64,000 nucleotides of DNA from Monocercomonoides exilis PA203 (Eukaryota; Protista; Preaxostyla): contig LSRY02000006.1 of NCBI GenBank assembly GCA_001643675.2, positions 248,001 to 312,000 of the forward strand, in the 5' to 3' direction. Below, piece after piece: positions 24,108-35,400 of the stretch (positions within the stretch are counted from its first letter, which is position 1; each line of letters begins with the position of its first letter). A model generated the notes under the pieces. It saw only the letters and a program-made list of their open reading frames with translations, did not search any database and was not told the origin of the DNA. The position numbers and the translations under genes are program-made.

Positions 24108-26705
24108 CAGCAGGGCACGATCAAAGTGGGACTGACTCTTCAACTGCCCATTTTTCTCGTATTTCTGTCTGCTTGATGCACATCGCGTCGCAGCATTCCT
24201 TATATTTTTTCTTTTCTTTTTTTGATGTTTTGTGCCAAATGGCTTTTGTTTTTGACTTTCCTATTTTTTTTTTCCCTGTTCCATTTGAATGTCTTCACAT
24301 CACCATCCATCCTTTTCCTGTTCATAGGCTTGGAGCAACCCTTCATTTCCCAGTGCTGCTTCTTTCCTGCCATTCCATTCCTCATGTCTTTTTGCACTTC
24401 CACAGAAAAATCCATTAAAATAAATAATCTCGACAATCTTGAATCAAAGACGGTATCGAAGCATTTTGTGCAAGAGTGAGAGAGAATCAGCCTTCAAAAA
24501 GAGTTGAAGCAAACGAACAAAAGCGATTCCAGATAAATCTTGAATGGGCCATGTGCCGTTTCTGCCCATTTCTGAATTCTTCCATTGAATTGTAACACAT
24601 GCACATATACAGAGAGAAAGAAATGCATTTCTTTTCTCTCCAAAACAAAGATCGGGCAAGACTCGCATTGCCGCTCACACATCAAGCGATAGAATAAAAC
24701 GCTGCTGAAAAACACAAAATCCTTCTGGCTTCCAAAACCTCCAGCTTTGCTTTTCCCCTTCGTGTCATCGCAATTCTGCGTCCTGCCACCAATAAATCAA
24801 TAAAAATGACTCGCCTCAAGTCCGTTTTGCTGAGCGCTTCACGAAAACGCTTTTGATCCAATTTTCAGGAATGAAAATCGAAATGCCTCCTCAAATCAAA
24901 AATAACAAAGATGTTTGGCAAATGTTTTTTTTCCCTCTATTTCTGCTTCGCTGTTGGCTTTGCTTCTTCAGATAGAACGAAGCACTTTCAAGAGAAAATA
25001 AAAGGTTTTCTGATGTGTATTGAAATGAATGATGCTCCATTTCATGGATTCCATCCATTTGAGCCTTTTGAGCCAAAACCCTCAGATGACCAATTGATTG
25101 GAAATGCACCAAAAAATAAAAAAATCGAATATCCCTTCGACCTTGCTGCCTCGTGTCGGCTCGAACATCCCCAGCTTCGCAAATGCCCCTTCCCATGAGC
25201 AACTCCCTTGCTTTGCTGCTTTTCACGCCTCTCCAAATCCGAAGGTCAAAAATAGATATACGACGGAATCCTCCCGTTCGTGTCCCAGACCCAAAGCATG
25301 TTCCTCCTGAGCCGTTAGCAAACAATTCGAGCAGTGCATTCAACAAGTCGGCCAAAAAAATAAAAAAAATGATGATGTTTCAACTCGAATCGTGGCTTCT
25401 TCATCGCTTGTTTGGGTCGCAATTGCGGAGCACAAAATCAATTATAACATCTTTATTCTTGCCGTCCCTTTTTTTGCTCCAAAAATAACACCACAGCCGC
25501 TGGGCGCCTCCAACAGTTTGCTTTTTCATCCATTCCGTGAAACCCAGCGTTATTTGGCAATAAAGCGTCCACCACTCATTTCCTCTCCGAAACAAATAGC
25601 ATGTGGCAGTTGCACGAAAAAACGATCATGTCCGCGCAGCAACACTTGCATCGTCTTTTTTCTTCAAATGGTTTTTCGTTTTTTCTCAAGCAATCCAAAA
25701 AAAGATGAGTTCAACAACTGCAAGTGTGGCACTGCTGCCCGCATGCAGCAAATGCAGAATGGCTCCCATCCTCGACATTGGTTCACTTTCCGTTTCCTTC
25801 AGCAGGCCCAATAAAAGACATCTTCAGTTATTGTCAATTTATTCATCGTCGCATGAATGTTTCTCTGTTAATAATTCCATTCCTCTGAAAACAAAATCGC
25901 ATGCGCCATCGTTGCATCGAGCGCATTTTGCATGTCTCGGCTGTGCTCGGTGAAATCTCAATTTCATTGCAAAGATTAACAGCAGCATAAATCAACCCCA
26001 GCGCAGCGTCGCTTCAGCTTTTCGACCCATTTCCAGAAGTGATGACAACCATTGGGCAAATATAATGAAAGACAGGCCTTAGCCTTTGCAGTTGCAAAAA
26101 TACTTTTTCGATTGATCAATCTCATTAACTATTTTATTTCGGTCAAAAAAATAAAAAATATTTTCTGAGGGGACATATTTTTCTTTTTTGGAATCTAACT
26201 AATAGATTGAAGTGGTTCGGTCAATAGCGTGAAGCGTTTCCGTTGAAAACTGTTTCAAAAATTAAAAAAAAAATGAATTTTATTCAATTTTCATTGAAAA
26301 GTCATTATTTGGTGATTATTGTTGAAATGATATTTTTGTATTTCCATTTTGGAGAATTGATTGCTTCCTTCAGCTGATTATATTGATATTCCAATGTGTG
26401 GCAAATTGTTCTGTCCAAAGTTATTAATTACAGAGCAAACCAACGAATGGTGCAAGCAATAATGGAAGTTTGCCATTGTTGTTTTCCCCATCTGGGTCAA
26501 AACTTCTGGCGCAACATTCCAATTTTTATTCAAAATTTTTGTTAAAAATATTTCGATATTCTATCAGAAAGAATCGCCCAATTGTTTCGATTTCGATGTT
26601 GAACTGAAAATGATTTATTTTATTCAGTTTTTTGGAACTGGCTCGTTATGTCTCACAACAACATGGAACAAATTGTAATAAATATTCGCAATAGAGCGAA
26701 TATCC

Positions 26706-26782
26706 GAACGCAAGGAGCAGGTTTGCTTCTCAATAATGAGTATTGTTCATGATTTATGTGCGGTTTAAGATCTAACTTCGCC
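26706..26782. repeat. DIRS left inverted terminal repeat
   Basis: 26733-26782 matches the reverse complement of 31374-31423 at 45/50 positions; looser similarity extends out to 26706 / 31451. Confidence 0.9.
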
Positions 26783-27617
26783 AATACTCAAATTCAAAGT
26801 TGATCCAAATTGTCCGCAATGAAAATGAAGCAACAACCTGTTACAATAGAACACAGAGACGGCGATGGAAGTGAATTAGATCAAAATTTATCACTGGTCA
26901 AAGTGGAATATTTTAGTGAAAAATTTACCAGGATTTAAGCATGAAATTTATCATCCAGAATGGAAGAAAGTGCACAGCCGAAGATATCGAACGGCAAGCT
27001 GCACATTGTGAAGAGATGTTATCAAGAACAGAAGCTATAAAATTCTGTGAGATAATTATTGGAATTAGAGCCACATTGTGCAGCGAGACAATTGTCCAAA
27101 CAGAAACTATAAAAAATCGAGAGATGTTTAAACAAAATGAAGATATGATATTCTATAGGCTTTAAAAAAGAATACAACTACACATTATTTTGTTTATTTA
27201 TTAGGAATAAGAACAACGTATTGAAGCAAGAAATCGATATATTAAGAAAGTGCTTGATATCGCAAGAATTTTAAGAGATAGATCCACAAATTGCAGAGAG
27301 ATTATTTTGGAGAAAGAATTTCCTATCTAATGAAATTTCGAAACAATATAATAAATATATACAATATAGAAGAGATATATTCATATAATGCTGTGGAATT
27401 CAAATTTAAACAAAACCAACGAGAAACAACAGAATATTGATAGAATTTGTAAGGAAGAAGATCCACGCATAACCGCGAGATGTGAATTATTTCAGAAGTG
27501 ATTATATAGCTATAATAATTTGATTACAATTTGAATATATATAATTAAAATGAGACAAAGCATTGTATCGAAATAATTACAATGAACATAATCGTGTTTA
27601 ATCGTTAGATTAAGATA

Positions 27618-27723
27618 GACACAGAGAGAAGTGAGAGCCGCGCTTTGCCGCGAGACAGAGAGAGAAGAGAGATCCGCGCTTTGCCGCGAGACAGAGAGAG
27701 AAGAGAGAGCCGCGCTTTGCCGC
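27618..27723. repeat. 36-bp tandem repeat, ~3 copies, inside the DIRS element
   Basis: Unit GAGACAGAGAGAGAAGAGAGA(T/G)CCGCGCTTTGCCGC at 27652-27687 and 27688-27723, with a slightly shorter copy from 27618. Degenerate relatives occur near 28035-28170. Confidence 0.9.
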
Positions 27724-28689
27724 GGGATCATGATTTGATTAATGGATTGAAGAGCAGCATATTAATGCGTGAGATGGATAAATAGAGAATCTGCAAAAAA
27801 TTAAGAGAGGATTATTTAGGAAAAGAGCTGCGCAGTTACGCGAGATACCGATTACTACAGTGACGAAATATTTATATTTATATAATGCAAGGATATTTGT
27901 AACAATCGATACATATATTACAGCAATGTTTTAATAAAAGGATAATTTCATTACAGTTACAAGATAATTATTTGAAATGAAGCTGTGCATATTCGGGAGA
28001 GAGTTACAAAGAATCAAACCGAGTTCGAGCTCGAGATCATGAGAAAAGAGAGAGAATAGAAAGACATGCTTTTCCGCGAGACTAAGAGACGAGTGAGTAA
28101 CCGCGTTCAATACCGAGACTATGAGAAGAGATAGAGCAGAGAACAGCGTTTCGCAGCGAGAAGACTATAGAGATAGAATACTCAGTAAATCGATTGACTT
28201 TTGCTAAGGAAATATATACAAGCTGTGTCACAACACAATATTAAACTGAAAGAGAGAAATATCATCAATTAATAATTGGAAATGTTACGATTAATTACAA
28301 GAGAAATCAGAACAAAAGAAAAATCGTGAAACATATCGGGACTGAGGGAGAAGAGAGAGCACTGAATTGAAGCGAGATAATCGAAGAGTGACAAATTGTT
28401 TTTAATCGAAAGAATTTGAATGAAGAGAAAGCTGAGTTTACTACGAGAAAAGGATGGAGAAAGAGATTGAGAGAAGTTGCAAATCGATAATACGATTAAA
28501 AATAGTGCACTTTTGCGAAATAGGCAGACATTGTAACCGCGAAATTTCGTGAGAAAATTGAAGAAGTGAAATCCGCGAAGAATCGCGAGGAGAAGATAGA
28601 GCATGTGACAGCGGAAGACAGCGAGAGGCGGATTCTTAAAGAAGCCGCGTTGCACGGCGGATGAAATTAGAAGAAAATTCCGCATATCT

Positions 28690-29125
28690 CAGCTGAAATG
28701 CTGATAGACGCACTCAGCCGGACTTAGAAGAAACTGGACAATGCACTTAGAGTGAAGAAAGTCGCAGAGATATTTCAAACATTCGCACCGAGAAGACTTG
28801 ATTCAATTTCAGACCCGATTACTCCGGTGCACTGTGGAACTATTTAAAAACTTTCCTCTCTGTGAAGGAAGAGAGAGAAAGAAATGCAAGAAGATGAGAT
28901 AGTGCAAGTCCATCTGTCCCTGAGAAACATCGGACGGGTGCTGAAAGAGAAGATGAATTAAGCTCAGAGGGGACTAACGATTCTGATTCTGCCAGCCTGG
29001 CGGGGGCAGACCTGGACCCCGTACTGCAGCCTAGGCATTTGATAAAGACCCTGGGGACCTTTCAGGAGTGCATGATTCCGGGAGCGAAGATGAGAAGGGA
29101 AGACTGGAAATTACCCCCAGGAGAG
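28690..29125 (+). pseudogene. DIRS pol C-terminal remnant (end of RNase H plus methyltransferase-like domain)
   Basis: IDALSR at ~28704-28721; VHLSLRNIGRVLKEKMN*AQRGLTILILPAWRGQTWTP at ~28908-29021; MIPGAKMRREDWKLPPG at 29072-29122. Contains stops and frameshifts. Confidence 0.75.
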
Positions 29126-29339
29126 GTTATAAGCGTTATACTGGAGAAGAGAATATTCAGGGGAGAGACCTCTTCTTAACATGGGGAGAACACGTTGGAG
29201 CAAAAGAGATAGCAGCAGCAAAACTTAGAAATCAAAAGAGCGAAACAGACACATGGAGAGCGCTGAGAAAAATTTAAACAATTTTTGGATAGAGAAAGAA
29301 AGGATGAAACAGACACCTTATAGAGAAAGATGCCAAATG

Positions 29340-30070
29340 GATTGTGGCCGAATTTATTGAAACTCTATCCAATACAAACGCTTTGAGTGGAGAGATAAAC
29401 GGAGCTGAACGTGAAGCATTGGAGCCTTTGAACCTTTTCAAAGAAATGAAGACGAATGGGAAAGATATTGATTCATCACCTAAAACCCACGTTAGAGATA
29501 AGCCGAGAAGGGGCAAACAATATAAATCAATGGGGGATTTTACAATTATAACAAAAGGGGGATGACACCACATTTAACTCAATAGACACGCAAGCATCAC
29601 AGAGGAGAGCCCCTATCCTCACAGAAATTTTGTAACGTTTGAGCCAGCTGAGCTGGAGAGATTGAGAAGGGAGTGTTCTATATTGAAAGAGAATGCAGCA
29701 TTAATAGAAGTGCAGATAAAGATAACATTAAGGAAGACAATAAAAATCGATATTAACAAACATTCAAACTCACTTATCGATACAGAAGAAACGCTCTAAC
29801 GTGAGTTGGATTTTTCCAGGATTATTTTAAAAAGATGAACACGTGCAGTTGATATTAAAGAAGGTGAGCCTGCAAATATGCAGAGAATAAAAGAAGAGTT
29901 AGAAGCTATTCAAAGAGAGTATGAAATACAAAATCATTTGACCGCGCTCTCGATTAGACAGAAAGTTATAATACACATATCAAGAAGAAAATGTTGAGAT
30001 TGGAAAGCGAGAAAGATACACGCAAGAGGGGAGCAAGGATCAAGAGTGGACAGAAAATTTAAAACATTTA
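29340..30070 (+). pseudogene. DIRS tyrosine recombinase remnant
   Basis: PRRGKQYKSMGD (PxxxKYxxxWD-like), VTFEPAELERL (RxxEL-like box, ~29632) and HLTALSIRQKVI (HSxR-like box, ~29935) occur in the expected order after pol. Heavily mutated. Confidence 0.6.
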
Positions 30071-30705
30071 TCTTGTTCAAGATATGAAATTGATCCTGTT
30101 GACGATCGACTTTCAAGAACCCCCTCGTGGAGAAGAAGAAAAGTTGGATATAAGTGGAGGAATGAAGGATATGTGAATCGAGAATGCAAATTCAGAGATG
30201 AAATATTGTATCAAATATTTATATATATATATATATCAGAAGCTGGGGGAGATGAAGATATGAGAAAAGGGAAGAATTTAAAGAGACAAGACTTCCTGAG
30301 CTGAGAAGAGAGAAAGTTGAGAGAAAGAATTCAATCACAACACAACTTATTCCGATCACTCGAGTGTCGGAGAACATCCCTCATAATTCCCAGCAGCGGA
30401 AGCGAACTGACTGGAAGCAGACACACTGCCTCACAGAGAAAGAAGGGCACAGACCGGAGGAAGAATGGAGAAAGAAGTCAAGGTTATATAATAAAGAACT
30501 CAAGAGGAACGAATTCCCGGTCGAGAACATCTCGGAAACACCTCATGAAATAAAGGGAGTAGAGACAATGGCCGCACCTTCATCCGCAGGCTCTCAACAC
30601 ATCCGCCGCACGATGACGTGCTAGGCAGGAGGGTTTAAGATCATTATATATAAATGAATAAATACAAAATTAAGTAAGAATAAGTATTTAAAAAGGGCTT
30701 TCAAG

Positions 30706-30801
30706 ACTCATTATTGAGGAGCAAACCTGCTCCTTGCGTTCGGATATTCGCTCTATTGCGAATTGATAGAACGCAGTGAGCAGGATTTGCTCCGAAATAA
30801 T
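30706..30801. repeat. DIRS internal complementary region (ICR)
   Basis: 30706-30763 is the reverse complement of the left terminus 26684-26741 (1 mismatch). The abutting 30764-30801 is the exact reverse complement of the right terminus 31419-31456. Confidence 0.95.
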
Positions 30802-31373
30802 ACTAACGCGGATGGAGAGACTCAAAGCGGCTGGGTGCGTAAGAGAGAAACATATTTGGAGGAATATGACGAGAAAAAGGGCGAGATATATAAGGATAGA
30901 GGAAAAGATCAACCGCCCGAAGATATTAACGTGCACCTAGAACCTTTTTTGAGAAACATGGAAACAAATAAAAAGTTCAAGAATGATCCTACTCCTTTAC
31001 AAGATTAGTATTGTTTTACAGAGAAGAATTGAATATTAAATATGCAGTGTGTGATGATTGGGGTTGCTCTGCTGATGCAGCAGAAGAGCGGGAGGCAGAG
31101 CGCATAACATGCAGTTTTCTTTTCCACGCCTCGCGGAAGCGAGAGTGGTTTTTCTTTCTGTTCCGACCAGAATACTCGCCTCACCGGATCCCTGCACTGA
31201 CTGCAGGAGAAAGCTCCGAGGGGCAATGTCCCCTGCCCTCTGGTCTTCGTGACCAAGGCAAAAAGGCGAAGAAGGTGGTGAAGTGAAGCGGACAATTCAA
31301 AATACACTTATTTTTGTTAAAATGTTTTTGTCTATATTTTCATCTCGCACTTTTTCCCACGTCATTTTGGGAG

Positions 31374-31451
31374 GGCGAAGTTTTCACTTAAACCGCCCAT
31401 AAATCATGAACAATACTCATTATTTCGGAGCAAATCCTGCTCACTGCGTTC
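31374..31451. repeat. DIRS right inverted terminal repeat
   Basis: Reverse complement of the left ITR (GGCGAAGTT..CTTAAACCGC.CATAAATCATGAACAATACTCATTAT). Confidence 0.9.
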
Positions 31452-32320
31452 TATCAAAAAAAAACAAAAATGACCCTGTTCACCTACGATAAACAGAGTT
31501 GTGATCTATGACTTGTTGGCACTTGAAATTTACAGAATATCCAATTTTTTTTTGCTTTCCCAGACATTTTATCAGAAATGACTTTTCGAAAATAATTTGA
31601 CATTTATAGCAAGTGAAACACAAAAATCACCAAACGAATCTTTTTTGCTTTATGGAATGTGCTAGAAATGTTCCACATAACCATTTTTATTTCCTTCAAA
31701 AATGTACACACACACCAATAATTATTATTCGATTGTTGAAAACGCATTCCATCACTCAAAAACCAGGGAATTTTTCATATTTTTTTGAAAATTTTCTTGT
31801 GATAGACTGTGATTTTGCTGAATGCCAGAAACTTCATCTGCGTGATCCTTTTTTGAGGTCAACCATTTTCTGATAAAAATATAATAAAAACAACAACAAT
31901 TTTTTTTTTGAATCCTGAAAGAAATACTTGGAGACAAACCCAAACAATAGTGAAAGCTTCAGATGTTTGTCCTTCTTAACAGTTGGGAGGGGGCTTTTTC
32001 CCCAATTTGTTTTGTTGTTGATAACTTTTCACCGAACATAACAGTATCAAAAGTGGCAGATGAAAACACAACAAGGATTTCATTCAAACACCGAAAATGT
32101 CAATGAATTCAAAATATAATTGAAATCACCAGTATAATTTTAATGTTTTGCAAATATTCGGACAATGGAAATGAAAGTGAACATCCATCTCTTGTTATTC
32201 ATCAGCAAACATGAAATCTTCACAATTTCCAAAAAAAAACATTCCTGAGTTGTTTTGTCAATGCAATTATGGACATGTGTGTTTTTCTTTTTGAAAAGTC
32301 GCAAATGTTGTATTTTTTAT

Positions 32321-32490
32321 GTTTCACAAAACAACTCATTTGAAGTTCGTCAAAATAACGAATTTTTTTTAAGTCTTATTAAAAATCAAGTATTTCCATT
32401 CTTGTCAATGAAATGACCAAATGTTCTAAAATCGTTAAAACATTATGATTCCCTGATTATATTGATGCATCGATGAAGTGTACAATATGA
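32321..32490. other. 170-bp unique spacer at the centre of palindrome 2
   Basis: GCAAATGTTGTATTTTTTAT ends at 32320 and its reverse complement starts at 32491; the sequence between is not self-complementary. Confidence 0.9.
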
Positions 32491-35400
32491 ATAAAAAATA
32501 CAACATTTGCGACTTTTCAAAAAGAAAAACACACATGTCCATAATTGCATTGACAAAACAACTCAGGAATGTTTTGATAGTAATTGTGAAGATTTCATGT
32601 TTGCTGATGAATAACATGAAATGGATGTTCACTTTCATTTCCATTAACCGAATATTTGCAAAACATTAAAATTATACTGGTGATTTCAATTATATTTTGA
32701 AATCATTATCATTTTCTCTGTTTGGATGATATCCTTGTTGTGTTTTCATCTGCCACTTTTGATACTGTTATGCTCGGTGAAAAGTTGTCAACAATAAAAC
32801 GAATTGGGGGGGGGGGGAAGCCCCCTCCTAACTGTTAAGAAGGACAAACATCTGAAGCTTTCACCATTGTTTGGGTTTGTCTCCAAGTATTTCTTTCAGG
32901 ATTCAAAAAAAAAAATGTTGTTGTTTTTATTATATTTTTATCAGAAAATGGTTGACTTCAAAAAAGGATCACCCAGATGAAGTTTCTTGCATTCAGCAAA
33001 ATCACAGTCTATCACAAGAAAATTTTCAAATAAAAAATATGAAAAATTCCCTGGTTTTTGAGTGATGGAATGCGTTTTCAACAATCGAATAATAATTATT
33101 GGTGTGTGTGTACATTTTTGAAGGAAATAAAAATGGTTATGTGGAACATTTCTAGCACATTCCATAAAGCAAAAAAGATTCGTTTGGTGATTTTTGTGTT
33201 TCACTTGCTATAAATGTCAAATTATTTTCGAAAAGTCATTTCTGATAAAATGTCTGGGAAAGCAAAAAAAAATTGGATATTCTGTAAATTTCAAGTGCCA
33301 ACAAGTCATAGATCACAACTCTGTTTATCGTAGGTGAACAGGGTCATTTTTGTTTTTTTATTTATTACAATTTGTTCCATGTTGTTGTGAGACATAACGA
33401 GCCAGTTCCAAAAAACTGAATAAAATAAATCATTTTCAGTTCAACATCGAAATCGAAACAATTGGGCGATTCTTTCTGATAGAATAGCGAAATATTTTTA
33501 ACAAAAATTTTGAATAAAAATTGGAATGTTGCGCCAGAAGTTTTGACCCAGATGGGGAAAACAACAATGGCAAACTTCCATTATTGCTTGCACCATTCGT
33601 TGGTTTGCTCTGTAATTAATAACTTTGGACAGAACAATTTGCCACACATTGGAATATCAATATAATCAGCTGAAGGAAGCAATCAATTCTCCAAAATGGA
33701 AATACAAAAATATCATTTCAACAATAATCACCAAATAATGACTTTTCAATGAAAATTGAATAAAATTCATTTTTTTTTTAATTTTTGAAACAGTTTTCAA
33801 CGGAAACGCTTCACGCTATTGACCGAACCACTTCAATCTATTAGTTAGATTCCAAAAAAGAAAAATATGTCCCCTCAGAAAATATTTTTTATTTTTTTGA
33901 CCGAAATAAAATAGTTAATGAGATTGATCAATCGAAAAAGTATTTTTGCAACTGCAAAGGCTAAGGCCTGTCTTTCATTATATTTGCCCAATGGTTGTCA
34001 TCACTTCTGGAAATGGGTCGAAAAGCTGAAGCGACGCTGCGCTGGGGTTGATTTATGCTGCTGTTAATCTTTGCAATGAAATTGAGATTTCACCGAGCAC
34101 AGCCGAGACATGCAAAATGCGCTCGATGCAACGATGGCGCATGCGATTTTGTTTTCAGAGGAATGGAATTATTAACAGAGAAACATTCATGCGACGATGA
34201 ATAAATTGACAATAACTGAAGATGTCTTTTATTGGGCCTGCTGAAGGAAACGGAAAGTGAACCAATGTCGAGGATGGGAGCCATTCTGCATTTGCTGCAT
34301 GCGGGCAGCAGTGCCACACTTGCAGTTGTTGAACTCATCTTTTTTTGGATTGCTTGAGAAAAAACGAAAAACCATTTGAAGAAAAAGACGATGCAAGTGT
34401 TGCTGCGCGGACATGATCGTTTTTTCGTGCAACTGCCACATGCTATTTGTTTCGGAGAGGAAATGAGTGGTGGACGCTTTATTGCCAAATAACGCTGGGT
34501 TTCACGGAATGGATGAAAAAGCAAACTGTTGGAGGCGCCCAGCGGCTGTGGTGTTATTTTTGGAGCAAAAAAAGGGACGGCAAGAATAAAGATGTTATAA
34601 TTGATTTTGTGCTCCGCAATTGCGACCCAAACAAGCGATGAAGAAGCCACGATTCGAGTTGAAACATCATCATTTTTTTATTTTTTTGGCCGACTTGTTG
34701 AATGCACTGCTCGAATTGTTTGCTAACGGCTCAGGAGGAACATGCTTTGGGTCTGGGACACGAACGGGAGGATTCCGTCGTATATCTATTTTTGACCTTC
34801 GGATTTGGAGAGGCGTGAAAAGCAGCAAAGCAAGGGAGTTGCTCATGGGAAGGGGCATTTGCGAAGCTGGGGATGTTCGAGCCGACACGAGGCAGCAAGG
34901 TCGAAGGGATATTCGATTTTTTTATTTTTTGGTGCATTTCCAATCAATTGGTCATCTGAGGGTTTTGGCTCAAAAGGCTCAAATGGATGGAATCCATGAA
35001 ATGGAGCATCATTCATTTCAATACACATCAGAAAACCTTTTATTTTCTCTTGAAAGTGCTTCGTTCTATCTGAAGAAGCAAAGCCAACAGCGAAGCAGAA
35101 ATAGAGGGAAAAAAAACATTTGCCAAACATCTTTGTTATTTTTGATTTGAGGAGGCATTTCGATTTTCATTCCTGAAAATTGGATCAAAAGCGTTTTCGT
35201 GAAGCGCTCAGCAAAACGGACTTGAGGCGAGTCATTTTTATTGATTTATTGGTGGCAGGACGCAGAATTGCGATGACACGAAGGGGAAAAGCAAAGCTGG
35301 AGGTTTTGGAAGCCAGAAGGATTTTGTGTTTTTCAGCAGCGTTTTATTCTATCGCTTGATGTGTGAGCGGCAATGCGAGTCTTGCCCGATCTTTGTTTTG

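Larger units (their letters stand above)
26684..31456 (+). mobile_element. DIRS-type (tyrosine recombinase) retrotransposon, coding-decayed, probably non-autonomous, ~4.77 kb
   Basis: Imperfect inverted terminal repeats, an internal complementary region matching both termini, remnants of RNase H (IDALSR), the DIRS methyltransferase-like domain and a tyrosine recombinase, no target-site duplication, and absence from the sister palindrome arm. Confidence 0.9.
22147..32320. repeat. Inverted repeat 2 (palindrome), left arm, interrupted by the DIRS element at 26684..31456
   Basis: 22147..26683 plus 31457..32320 is the reverse complement of 32491..37900. The non-coding part is nearly identical apart from homopolymer lengths and a diverged zone next to the spacer. 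Confidence 0.95.

Noticed and set aside
24173-25953. Short ORFs in the 3' palindrome arms (mirrored at 34090-35970, also 31613-33204)
   Set aside because: They recur only because the DNA is duplicated; they overlap on both strands, lack motifs and change with homopolymer indels.
27618-27723. CRISPR array (36-bp repeats)
   Set aside because: The units are directly adjacent with no unique spacers, there are no cas genes, and the context is eukaryotic.
28180-28300. Reverse transcriptase motif remnant in the DIRS element
   Set aside because: Only a faint ID*LLLRKYI resemblance and no YxDD box was found, so it is too weak to annotate.
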